This document shows, one piece after another, positions 23,892-35,382 of a stretch of DNA of 64,000 nucleotides. The notes below the pieces were generated by a model. It saw only the letters and a list, made by a program, of their open reading frames with translations. It had not been told where the DNA came from and made no database searches. How positions within the stretch are numbered: the stretch's first letter is position 1; the number at the start of each line of letters is the position of its first letter. The position numbers and the translations under genes are program-made. Source of the DNA: Podarcis erhardii (taxonomy: Eukaryota); the NCBI GenBank assembly GCA_964252035.1, contig OZ176209.1; one strand, given 5' to 3'.

Positions 23892-26259
23892 TTAAAGTAG
23901 TTTCATGGGTGAATATCTTCTTCCTTCATTAAGATTCCTTGTAAAGTTCAGAAAAAGTCACACCAAGCTAACAAAGTGATGTGTGAATGGGCCCTCCAAT
24001 GCACACAGGTGGTTATTTATTTATTTATTAAGTATTTTCTGTACAGTGAGCAGCTCAGCATGTGGGAAGAAAACTATTAGATGTGTTTTCCTCCCACTCC
24101 CTCCACGGAACAAATGGAGAAATCGCCGTGCAAAGCAGCTCCAAAATGGAGCACGCACAATGCTGAAGTGTTTATGTGTCCTGTAGTCAGCTAATATAAG
24201 AGCTACTGTAAGTGACATTAGGAAAGGAAGGTTGCCATGTTCATCCATTGGGTGGGTGGAGAGAAGACCAAAATAATAATAATAATGCAGTATAGTTACC
24301 ACTCTGTGATTATAAGTTGCATAGGTTTCTAGCCTGTTTGAATGATCATTTCTGTACTGAGGAGGAGAAGAAATGGGGGAAAAAATCCTCATTCATAGGA
24401 ATCCCAGCCCTTCTGTGTCTTTTCAGTTCTGTTCCTGTTAACTAGATATATATGGTCTGTGTGTTCCATCCAGATTGTGTTGTGCAATTTATATCAGGAA
24501 CTGAGTGAGACAGAATGTATATGTTACTTAATTGAGGGCAAAACTACTATTTGGACAACAAGATCACAAGCAATGCAGCCAAACATAGCCAAAAATACAT
24601 CTGTAGCCATTGATGGCACTAGTGACCTCCTCTTTTGAATGCCAAGCAAGAGCCTACTTGGTCTCTGCAAAGCCAGTCAGGGGACCTTGTTTGCACTGCC
24701 TAGTGTGTGGGGAGGGAGTCAGAGGCAAGTTACACTCTACATCTCAACTGAGTCAAGGCCCTTAACCCACTGCTAACTTCTCCCCAAATAGTTTTCTGGC
24801 CAACTCAGTTGCCAGCTTCATTGAAGCCAGCAGAGAGGGCAGAATCAGGGGAAATCAAGGGTCCTAATGTATTACTGTTATTATGTTTTAAGTTTAAGCA
24901 AGCTAATCAACATAACTGACTTCTTTCCTAAAAACAGTGGATAAAAGTGAGAATAGACTTTACTGAAACCCTCCCCACAATTCGCTCTACTAAAAAGATG
25001 CTTAATGTATTGGGCACAGAAATCCAGATTTTTTACTTCTGACACATTATTTTCTGTTTATCAATTTGTATAAGATTTCAAGTGTTACATAGCAAGAAGA
25101 AAACTAACATCAATTTAAACTGGTCTAACACACATGAAATCTGAAATCTTGTTTTTCCCTCTGGTGCGATCAACAGTTCTTAGGTGATCACACTTACCCA
25201 CTGATTACAGTTTTGGGGGCCGCCTTGATGTGGATACGGAAGAGATGTGTATGCAGTTTTGCCACTGATACTGAAGTCAATGGAGGAGTCCTTGAATATT
25301 GGGTGGGAGTTCACATAAGCACCTCCTTTACTAGGAAGTATTGGTAATCTGGTAAAACTATAGCCATGTTATAAATCTTTTCGTCTTATAACTACTCTAT
25401 AGTAGGCTTGTGTTGTTCATAACATTGTGTTTCAAATAATAATAAATATAAATGAATGAACAATTCTAATTCAACTAAAGTAAACCTATTCTGCACCCCT
25501 AAATTTAAATATATATTGGATTGGATCTTGACTTAGTCATGCTTGAAGCAGCTTGAAGCACATCTTAAGTGCACTGGTTTTTAATGAGTCTGTCTAAGCA
25601 TGATTAAGTCTGGAGCCAACTCGTTCTTGGTATATTTTTGGAAGTTGCTTGCGACCAGTTTCTCAGTGAGTTCCAGGGAAAGGGAGTTCCTGAACGAAGA
25701 AGCAATAGTGCAACAAAACAAAAACAAGGAAGCATCCAATGGAAAAGACAAAAAAAGTATCAAAGATGCTGAAGAGAAATGCACTTTTTATTAGTGCCCA
25801 ACATGTTTCAGCCCACTATATCAAGGGATTTTATGTTTTCATGTAAACAGCTCAAAAACATCCACATTGAAATTGCTGCAAGGCAAAACTCCTCAAGAGT
25901 TCTTCCAAGGTTCCAGAGGGAGGGAATCATCATGTCTAGGATAGTGTTTCCTCCTTTTTTGCTACAATCAGAGCGAAATTGCTAGGATACAAAAGGGATG
26001 AGTTACGCAGCTTGCCAGACTGGCACCTCCTTCCTCCTGCCTGCCTACTTTGTTTTTATCTCAATACCAGCAGTTTGGTTGCTCCTTCATAGTATCAATT
26101 TCATATTATTAATGCAGTCGCATTGAAGAGGAATGTCAATTTACAGACTATGTACCTCCTTTTTCAAGCAAGCAGTTCTCCCTAAATCAAAGCAAAAGCC
26201 AGTCATGAGGCCTAGCTTCTGATCTAGATGCATGCATAGTGGATAACAGATTTCAGTCT

Positions 26260-26588
26260 CATACCCTCCAACTTCTCTCTGATGAAAATAGGGACGTCCC
26301 ATTCCATAATGATAATTTTACTATTTATACTCCACATATCTTACTCGGTTGCCCCAGCCACTCTGGACAGCTTCCAACATATATAAAAACATTATTAAAA
26401 AACCTTTCCTATACAGGTTCACCTTCAAACAGCTTGGGGGTCTGATAACTCCATACCCTCCAACATTTTTCCAATGAAAATAGGGACATCCTAAATAAAA
26501 GTGGGACATTCTGGGATCAAATCAGAAACTGGGACGGCTTCTCCAAATTAGTGATGTCCCTGGAAAATAGGGACACTTGGAGGATCTG
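26260..26588. mobile_element. Composite: short TIR element interrupted by an L2 3' tail
   Basis: cataccctccaa...tgaaaatagggac occurs at 26260 and 26452; right end ttggaggatctg; L2 tail gccccagccactctgg lies between the two. Confidence 0.5.
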
Positions 26589-27239
26589 CAGTCTTCTTCA
26601 TGTCCTGGGGAGGCTGTTAAACTTCCCCACTCTGAGAGAGAAGGAGACAACACAGAAACTGAGTTTTTGGAAAATGATCAGGAGATTAAAAATTGTGGGA
26701 TAAGCAAATTATTAATGGGAAGATATGTAAACACCAGCAAATGCAGAATGAATGCTCTTTGTCATATAACCACCCCATAAACAAATCGGAATGAATGTTC
26801 AATAAAGACTGGACATAGTCTAACCACCACAAACTTTTGCAACAAATCAGGATGAATCCTGAATAAATAGGCTATCTGGAGGAACCCTAGTACTCAGTGT
26901 GATCCCTAATTTCAAAATGAGAATATTTTCAGCACTTTGCAGCAAAATAACATCAACTCAATCAGCAAAGGAAACTGTTGAAGAAATATGCTCTGAAATT
27001 GTTGTGTTACTTAAGGATAGTTTTTGTTCAACTCCAAAAATGAAGTTTCTGTCTAGACACTAGAAGATAGTGCCAGATATCTGCTGAACTTATACAAAGT
27101 GCCCTAAAGGCATTCAAGGACTAATTAAATGGGACTCCAAAGAAGGAAGACAATCTAGACATTTTAACCCTAGAGAAGCTCAGTCATTGCATTAAAAACA
27201 GATGAGAGCAAAGTTTTCATCCTGAAGTGATAACATCTA

Positions 27240-27465
27240 CAGTGGTACCTCGGGTTAAGTACTTAATTCATTCCGGAGGTCTGTACTTAACCTGAAACTG
27301 TTCTTAACCTAAAGCATCACTTTAGCTAATGGGGCCTCCTGCTGCCGCCACGCCGCTGAAGCATGATTTCTGTTCTCATCCTGAAACAAAGTTCTCAACC
27401 TGAAGCACTATTTCTGGGTTAGCGGAGTCTGTAACCTGAAGCGTATGTAACCCAAGGTACCACTG
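27240..27465 (+). mobile_element. Tigger-like MITE, family A
   Basis: TIRs with TA on both sides. Confidence 0.87.
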
Positions 27466-27871
27466 TATAAGCATTTCAGAAGTATATTTCATCCTATCCA
27501 GCTGCAGCCTCAACCCCAGGAAGCATTTTTGCATTGTTAATGCAACTCAGTATTGAGTGTTTTCAAGTAGCCAACCCTGTGGATATTCTTGATGTGGCCT
27601 TAGTGTCACACTTCGGCCTACAAAATATGATTCTATTTTTGAAACCTACCCAAATTATACCTTTGTTGACTTTTACCCAGGAATGAAGGAAAGAATGATG
27701 TTCAGTTGTGTCTTGCCTAAATAAAAAAACAGCACTTCATTGTCAGCCTGACTAAGAGGTCTTTTCCTCCCATCCAAAGACTAGAAATGCAGTATCCATA
27801 ACATAAGTGATAGCAAGGAAGCTGACCAGGGTTGGCCAGGAATAGTTCTTATGTGCTAGTCAGTCTAGGAA

Positions 27872-28210
27872 TGATAATAATAATAATAATTTATTATTTG
27901 TACCCCGCCCATCTGGCTGGGTTTCCCCAGCCACTCTGGGCAGCTTCCATAAAAACCAAAAATACACTAAAATATCACAGATTAAAAACTTCCCTGAACA
28001 GGGCTGCCTTAAGATGTCTTCTGAATGTCAGGTAGTTATTTATCGCTTTGACATCTGATGGGAGGGCGTTCCACAGGGCAGGCGCCACTACCGAGAAGGC
28101 CCTCTGCCTGGTTCCCTGTAGCTTTGCTTCTCGCAATGAGGGAACCGCCAGAAGGCCCTTGGCGCTGGACCTCAGCGTCCGGGCAGAACGATGGGGGTGG
28201 AGACGCTCCT
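27872..28210 (-). mobile_element. L2-type LINE 3' end with (AAT)n tail
   Basis: aataataat...taccccgcccatctggctgggtttccccagccactctggg...gggggtggagacgctcc. Confidence 0.8.
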
Positions 28211-30672
28211 GACAAGAAATGAATGGTCAGGACTCCACAGAGATACATGAGATCTTTCATGCTCCAACAGGATGCCATCAAGGCCCATAGCCAAGGTAGA
28301 AGAAGATTTATTTGCATTTCGCCTAATGTCCCTGGTGGAAATAAAGTTAGCAGACTGGATCAGGTGACCAGTAGGCTTCCAACTGTGCAGGGTGAATGCT
28401 TCATTTTAAGGTAATCAAGTATTAAGTTTCAACCAATCAATATAAAGTGCCAATCCTACCCATGATCCAGAAGATCACAGAGTGCAGAATGATGTAAATC
28501 AAGAACTGAAATGGTTCGGTCATTATTGGATTTTACCTCAAAATGCAATATCACTATATCACTATAGTGTTAGAAAGGACCCTAGTGGTCACCAAGTCCA
28601 AGTCCCTGCAATGCAGTTACCTCAACTTGCAGTCTCCCATCCAATCTGAAACCAGACCAGACCTGGCTTAGCCTTTGCAAATGTGCTAGCAGTTTTACTG
28701 CTATACCACTATGTCTACTTTATCTGCAATTTTGGTAATCAAAATCTTTTAGATGCAGTTTCTTGTGGCTGTTGCTTTTGCCTGTAGGTTTTCAGCGTTG
28801 CCATCAATAAGGGCCTATATGCCTTTGCTAAGGACAAAGAAATGTTGAGCCTCACCCTTTCTTCATCCTTAAAGTAAATTTCTTCTGTAAGCTTCAGGGG
28901 GTATTTTTCTTTGTTCTTACTTAAACCATTTCTCCTCAAGGGAAAAAAAGTTGCACATATTGACCTTACATGATCAAGCCTTGGTGAGCCTTTGGTTCAT
29001 GTGATTTCCCCTCAGCCCACCTGTTCTCCTCTTCCGGCTACAAAGAGGCGAAAAGAAGCTGTTGCTTCTGTTTTTAACTAACCACTGTTTAGCATTATAT
29101 CCAGTCCCAAACAAACTGTGCTTAACTTTGAGTATGGTTTACTAAGACAGCCCAATTTCTGGCTTGTTTCAATAAACCATTGATAAGATTAATCACAACT
29201 TTGAGTTCAGACTAAACTTACTGCTGTCCTGCAGTAAATTGTAATGGAGATGATGTCTGATGTTTTCCTTGGAAGGAGGAATAGGGAAGGGGGACCAAGG
29301 TGCATTCTATGTTAAACCATGGTTTAGCGTTACAACTGAATGAGGCAACTGTGGGCTTGTAGAGCTCTTAACATTTTACCTGAATTTACACCTCTCAGGC
29401 AATTTACAGGTAAGAAAAAAGTCCACTGTCAAACAAATTATCAGCTTCATTTTATGCTTGGAAAGGTGTTGAATCGTTGGATGAGCCTTTATTATTAATA
29501 TTAAATATTCATGTTGATCTGAGTACTCTTTTTATCTTGTAGCATATACTGACACATTATAAAGAGTGTCTTCTCTTAATTTTGACTTTGGTCTTGTGAG
29601 CCACCAAGCCAAATGCAGCCCATCAGCTACATATGGTCGTCTGCCCAGGGTACTGATAATCCTTCTGCTTTTGCGGCCTGCCTGGGACTGCAAAACAAAA
29701 ACGGGAATTGCCAAAGACCTGGAAGACCCTAGTCCAGGTGGGCTGCATATGGCTGGATAGGGTTGCAGGTTGTGTCCTAAAATGTTTGCAATGAACTTTA
29801 ATTTGGGCTGAAAGGGGTTAACTAGTCCAAAATCCAGAATTGGTCATACTCAGAATAGGCCCATTAAAATCAGTAGGCCTAAGTCAGTAATGTTCATTTA
29901 TTTCAGTGGGTCTACTCTGAGTATGGCTAACAGGGATACAACCCATTATTCATTCTGTTTAAATAATTCACATTGACTTTTTTTAGAAGTCCATGGTGTG
30001 TGTTAATGGGACATGCAGTAAACATAGGATCCATTGTGATACATTACCTAACTGAGCATTTGTCCAGATCGTTGTTCACTAAACTAAAGAGTGGCATAGC
30101 AAGACATAATGTGAGCAGCTTGTGGAACGACCAGACACCTGCTTTGCATTCACCACAAACTCAGTAACACTTTCATAGTAAGCCCGGGAGAGTTATGATA
30201 TTTCCTTTAGTTATATGCTTTCATATCTCTTAGGCAACCTACCATAACATTATTCTAGAGATGACTAACCCATTTGGTTTAGTATATTCTGTAACATAAT
30301 ATACATTGTTTTTGTTATGATAAGATTGTAGGATGGTCTATTTAAAAAAATAATAATAATTCTGGCATTGGCTCCTCAAAGTTGTGTTCTGGTCTTGTGT
30401 TTATCCAAATTCCAATCAGGCTTTATATTTGCCATAATTGCTTTGAGATCCCTCTATAGAGGAAGAGTAATTCTTACCAGCCAGCCATCACTAACCTGAA
30501 ATTTCCATACCTAGGTTGTTAGCTTTTTTAGCATCACATTGTTTTTAGTTCATCCGCATCAACTGCCTCATGTCACCCTATTGTAAGTGTGGTTTATTCT
30601 ACATAAAATTCTGTCAGTTAAAGTATTAAATTTGCAATCACACTTTTCTTTTGAGCATTCTGTGCTGTGTTC

Positions 30673-30884
30673 NNNNNNNNNNNNNNNNNNNNNNNNNNNN
30701 NNNNNNNNNNNNNNNNNNNNNNNNNNNNNNNNNNNNNNNNNNNNNNNNNNNNNNNNNNNNNNNNNNNNNNNNNNNNNNNNNNNNNNNNNNNNNNNNNNNN
30801 NNNNNNNNNNNNNNNNNNNNNNNNNNNNNNNNNNNNNNNNNNNNNNNNNNNNNNNNNNNNNNNNNNNNNNNNNNNNNNNNNNNN
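30673..30884. other. Assembly gap (212 N)
   Basis: run of N. Confidence 1.
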
Positions 30885-30972
30885 CTTATTTTTAAGAACT
30901 CTTTTTTAAAAATTTATGTATTTCTTTTATTGATAATCAACCATTGTGTGGTTCAGTGCTTAAAGAGCTTAC

Positions 30973-31145
30973 NNNNNNNNNNNNNNNNNNNNNNNNNNNN
31001 NNNNNNNNNNNNNNNNNNNNNNNNNNNNNNNNNNNNNNNNNNNNNNNNNNNNNNNNNNNNNNNNNNNNNNNNNNNNNNNNNNNNNNNNNNNNNNNNNNNN
31101 NNNNNNNNNNNNNNNNNNNNNNNNNNNNNNNNNNNNNNNNNNNNN
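30973..31145. other. Assembly gap (173 N)
   Basis: run of N. Confidence 1.
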
Positions 31146-31269
31146 ATTTTTGAAAACTAAGTTTGCAGTTAGCAGTAGCTTGCTTTACATTTTCTTTAAA
31201 ACAAATTGAGATTTTGGCTCAGAAAGCTCTTTAAGTTTCAAAGAAGTGTGTTTATTTATTTTTATATAG

Positions 31270-31353
31270 GCAGAAGAAAGGCATGGCAACATTGAAGAGC
31301 GCATGAGGCACTTGGAGGCCCAACTGGAGGAGAAGAACCAGGAGCTTCAAAGA
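31270..31353 (+). CDS. PPFIA2: PPFIA2 exon (84 nt, phase 0-0): [28 protein letters not shown]
   Basis: tatatag|GCA ... AGA|gtatgt. Confidence 0.95.
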
Positions 31354-31444
31354 GTATGTGTATTGTTGATCATTTGATTTATAGTTTGACTCGTCTAAGC
31401 TAAATGCATCACACTGTTACACATAGTCCCCCTTATACCTAAAA

Positions 31445-31495
31445 AATGAGTCTCATGTCTAGAAGCTCAACTGGAAGAGAAGAATTGGAATTTCC
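31445..31495 (+). pseudogene. Degenerate partial duplicate of exon 31270-31353 (pseudo-exon)
   Basis: 31459-31485 encodes LEAQLEEKN, identical to the exon peptide; flanks are frameshifted and no donor is present. Confidence 0.7.
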
Positions 31496-31661
31496 CCCAA
31501 ATTGCTTCCATTATTTTTTTTTGACTTTTTTTTGATGAATATGAACTGAACGATTATCAGGTATTGAATGTGCGCAAATGTTTGATTCAGCAGTAGTGCT
31601 AATAAATTTTATCCTCTGGCAGTATTTGTTTTTGCTGTGCGCTACTGTACCACGGGTACTG

Positions 31662-32017
31662 TGACACGGGTGGCACTGTGGTCTAAAACACAGAGCCTAG
31701 GGCTTGCCAATTGGAAGGTCGGCGGTTTGAACCCCCATGATGGGGTGAGCTCCCATTGCTCAGTCCCAGCTCCTGCCAACCTAGCAGTTCGAAAGCACGT
31801 CAAAGTGCAAGTAGATAAATAGGTACCACACCAGCGGGAAGGTAAACAGCATTTCCGTGCGCTGCTCTGGTTCGCCAGAAGTGACTTAGTCATGCTGGCC
31901 ACATGACCCAGAAGGTGTACGCCAGCTCCCTCGCCCAATAAAGCGAGATGAGCGCCATAACCCCAGAGTCATCCACAACTGGACCTAATGATCAGGGGTC
32001 CCTTTACCTTTACCTTT
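31662..32017 (+). mobile_element. Sauria SINE
   Basis: full-length; imperfect TSD ctgtacca(c)gggta on both sides. Confidence 0.88.
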
Positions 32018-32140
32018 GCTGTACCAGGGTATCATTACTGTGATTTCAGTTACAATAATCCACCACTCGTGTTTCACTAATGATAACGTTTTAGATAATT
32101 TTGGAACCGCCCATTTTGTTTCCTTGATACTTTACCGAAG

Positions 32141-32272
32141 GCAAGGCAAAGAGAAAAAATGAATGAAGAGCACAACAAGAGATTATCAGATACTGTGGAC
32201 AGACTTTTGACAGAATCTAATGAGCGCCTGCAGCTACATTTAAAAGAGAGAATGGCAGCATTGGAAGAAAAG
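32141..32272 (+). CDS. PPFIA2: PPFIA2 exon (132 nt, phase 0-0): [44 protein letters not shown]
   Basis: taccgaag|GCA ... AAG|gtaaaa. Confidence 0.95.
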
Positions 32273-32884
32273 GTAAAATGAGCAAAACAAATGGTTCATA
32301 TCCAATGGTAGTCATGCTCAGAACAGAATCAATGGATCAGCTTAAGAAGAAATGTACTAAGCTGCCTTTTGCTTAGGTATTGGTCCATCTAGCTCAATAC
32401 ACTCTGAGTGTATGACCCAATTGAGGATTGTCCCATACTTACCTTGATTTGTATTTTTTTTGGGGGGGTTGTGTTCTTGATACTATGGGGGGAAAGCAAA
32501 TAAATACTTAAGGCTTGATCCCTTGTCCATCAAATCTTCCCGTTCCTTTCCTGTATGTGAAATCCTCACTGACTTTCCTTCCTGCCAGCTTTCTTCAAAA
32601 CCCAAAGGAGCTACTCATGTACTCAGGGGGTATTTGCAGTACACAGACTGGGCCATGTGCTTAATGTTTAAAATGTCAATCCTATGTTGATGGAAAAATG
32701 TCAGTCCAAAATTGATGCTGTCCGATAGCTATCAGTGTTAATAGTATAACTTTTAACATATTCATAAAAGGATAGTCAATACTTGTTATTACAATGGGAA
32801 GCGTGGAAAAAATTGCAGATTCTGCAGAAATGTGTTTTATTTTGCTGTAATTTTTCTCTACTTTTGATCTTTTCTCTTTCTTAG

Positions 32885-32947
32885 AATGTTTTAATACAAG
32901 AATCAGAAAGCTTTAGGAAGAACTTGGAAGAATCATTACATGATAAG
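32885..32947 (+). CDS. PPFIA2: PPFIA2 exon (63 nt, phase 0-0): NVLIQESESFRKNLEESLHDK
   Basis: ctttcttag|AAT ... AAG|gtattc. Confidence 0.94.
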
Positions 32948-33155
32948 GTATTCGTTCTTTCCTACCTGCATTCACCTTTATTTTAAAAAGCAACTGATTA
33001 CCAAAAAAGAAGTAGTAGTCTTCGGAATTCAAAACCTGAAAATGTTCCTAAAGATAATGGAACCTAGGGTTGTATCCAACTAAGGGTTGTATCCAACTAA
33101 GACTCTGCAAGAGGAACAACTTCTACTTGTGCAAGGGATTCTCTCTTTCCACGCC

Positions 33156-33875
33156 CAGTGGCGTCACAACGGGGAGTGGGGGGCGGTACGCCCCTGGTTC
33201 CATGTCTGCGGGGGTGACAAGAAGTCACCCTGTGGGGGCTTGTGACGGCACAAGCAGCCATCGCACCACCGCAGCAGCATGTGGAGGATCCTCCATTCGC
33301 TGCTGCAGCCGTGAGCAGAGCATCCCAGCGCCAGCGGCAAACCACTAAGTACATCGCATGTGCAGTGCCACATGCATGTGCTGTATAGCAGTTTGTAGCC
33401 AGCACCATTCCAGCACTGTACGGACAGTGCCAGGATCCCTCCTTCGCTGCTACAGCTGCGAACTGAAGAATGGGATTTTCCATTCGTGGCTGCAGCTGCG
33501 AGCAGAGGATCCCAGCACCGTCGTACGGTGCTGGAGCGGCGCCGGCGGCAAACCGCTATACAGCACATGCACAGTGTCACACACAAGCGCTGTACGTAGT
33601 GACGCCACCCATGCGCTGTATAGCAGTTTGTCGCTGGAGCTGCTCCAGCGTCATATGGACAGTGGCAGGGTCGTCTGCTTGTGGCTGCAGCTGCAAATGG
33701 AGGATCCTCCATTCGCGGCTGTAGCAGCAACGAAGGGATGCCGGCACTGTACATACGGCACTGGAGTGGCGCCGGCGGCAAACCACTATACAGGATATGT
33801 GCAGCGCCGCTTTGTATGGCGCATGCGCCATATGTAGCAACGCTGCACATGTGCCCTACATCATGACAGCCACTC
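33156..33875. mobile_element. GC/CpG-rich non-autonomous DNA-transposon-like element with internal alternating inverted repeats
   Basis: left end cagtggcgtcac; internal gtgacgccacc near 33599; right end tgacagccact; about five 70-100-nt units in alternating orientation. Confidence 0.55.
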
Positions 33876-35228
33876 CGGGTACTACAGCACCTTCCTTCAC
33901 CCCTGCCCACACCTCCCTTTGTGTGCCCCTTGCACCCCCTCTATATCTGATATGGAGTTCCCTCAACCCTCCAAATCAGATTGCAGGGGGTGCAATGGAA
34001 GGAGAAGGTGGAGAAGTTTCATTGTGTGAGCAATTAAACTGGACAGTGCTATTGTTCACACATCCAAGTGAAGATATGAGAGAGCTACATGCCGCACAGC
34101 ATCAACATTTAGCCATACACTAGAGAACCCGCACCTCTGTAGGCTGCAATCCTTGGCACATTTCTCTGGGAGTGAGCCCCATTGAATGCAACTTACTTCC
34201 AAATTGGGCTGTACACTTCAAGTAGTGTTCATTGGCCTGCTGATAATATTTATGGACCCTAGTGCTGGCATGAATTGCCCCCATAAAATATGTGGGCTGG
34301 ATACATTTGGTTGAATGAAAGACTTTCCTCCAAACTGCCACATTCTTATGCAAATACCTCCTTCCCCACTCTAGAGATGCATTTTGATTGCTCTGCTTCC
34401 ATAGAATGCTCAAGTCTGGGTGGTCAATGGCCAGAAACTTATTGAGGACATGAGTCTTGAGCTTTCAGCCCCACATCTACCCAATCCTGACAGTCATATT
34501 AAAAATAGCATCAAAATTGCCCTTTGCAAGTCAACACAGCTTAACCCATGTACCATTGATTTAATGAACCAGTCAAATTCATTACAAACATTTATAACAA
34601 ATGCCATTTTTCTAATTCTTTACCAACCTACAGCCAGTAGATAACATAAATTCAACCAATCATATTTAAGTAAGCAGAAAGTAATTTTGCTAGGTATCAG
34701 ATTAAATAGAAATAGAAGGAGTGGAATGGGAAAGAATTGTGGCTGAGCCCTGAGTCTAGGGGCAAAATAACTGTTAATACGTGATATCGGAACCAAACAT
34801 GAAGGGAATACATTGTAGACAAATACATTTTTTAATTTGGCTGCCATTTGTTCCTAAAAAGAGAATTTCCAGAAGGAATGGATGGGATTAGACTTCCTGA
34901 CTATGACTCATGAGCTCCTTGTTGCTTCATTTGTTTATTTTAATAATTTGTTGGCCACATTCTGTTCCAAAGAATGGTACCCGAAGCAGTGTGCTTCCTT
35001 CCAATTATGCTTATCCCCATATTTTGTCTATACTTGTTGTCAGGAAGAGACTGAATCTTTTTTTGTGTGGGGGGGGGAGAATGTCATATTTAGCATTTAT
35101 GGAATGTAAATAGCTGTTGCCTATATGTATTTTGAGCAGTTGAAAAATATGTTTCCAGAATTTGTTTTTGATTTACTGCATTTATAGCTTCTCTCCCCCC
35201 CCCCCGAAGAGCTTAAGACATGCTTGCC

Positions 35229-35382
35229 CCATGTTTTGTCCTCCTAACAACCCAGTGAGCTAGGATAGGCCAAGAGAGAGTGGATGTCCCAAGATTCTTC
35301 AGTTTTCTTCTTGTCCTGAGTTGGGATTTGAACTGGAGTCTTCCTAGCCCTAGTCTGACACTCTAACCACCATACCATGCTA
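35229..35382 (-). mobile_element. MIR-like ancient SINE fragment
   Basis: ttttgtcctcctaacaacccagtgag...gggatttgaactggagtc...ctctaaccaccatacc. Confidence 0.55.

Noticed and set aside
25600-25794. Purine-rich, charged ORF (SSREREFLNEEAIVQQNKNKE...) as a possible extra coiled-coil exon
   Set aside because: The nearest good acceptor (ctcag|TGA) opens on a stop in the required phase 0, and I saw no good donor or liprin similarity.
30587-31160. Four ORF-track entries spanning the N runs
   Set aside because: Artefacts of untranslatable N; no coding evidence.
33070-34123. Many long overlapping ORFs (up to 248 aa) on both strands
   Set aside because: They arise from a GC-rich, stop-poor repeat of inverted units; peptides are low-complexity with no recognisable domain.
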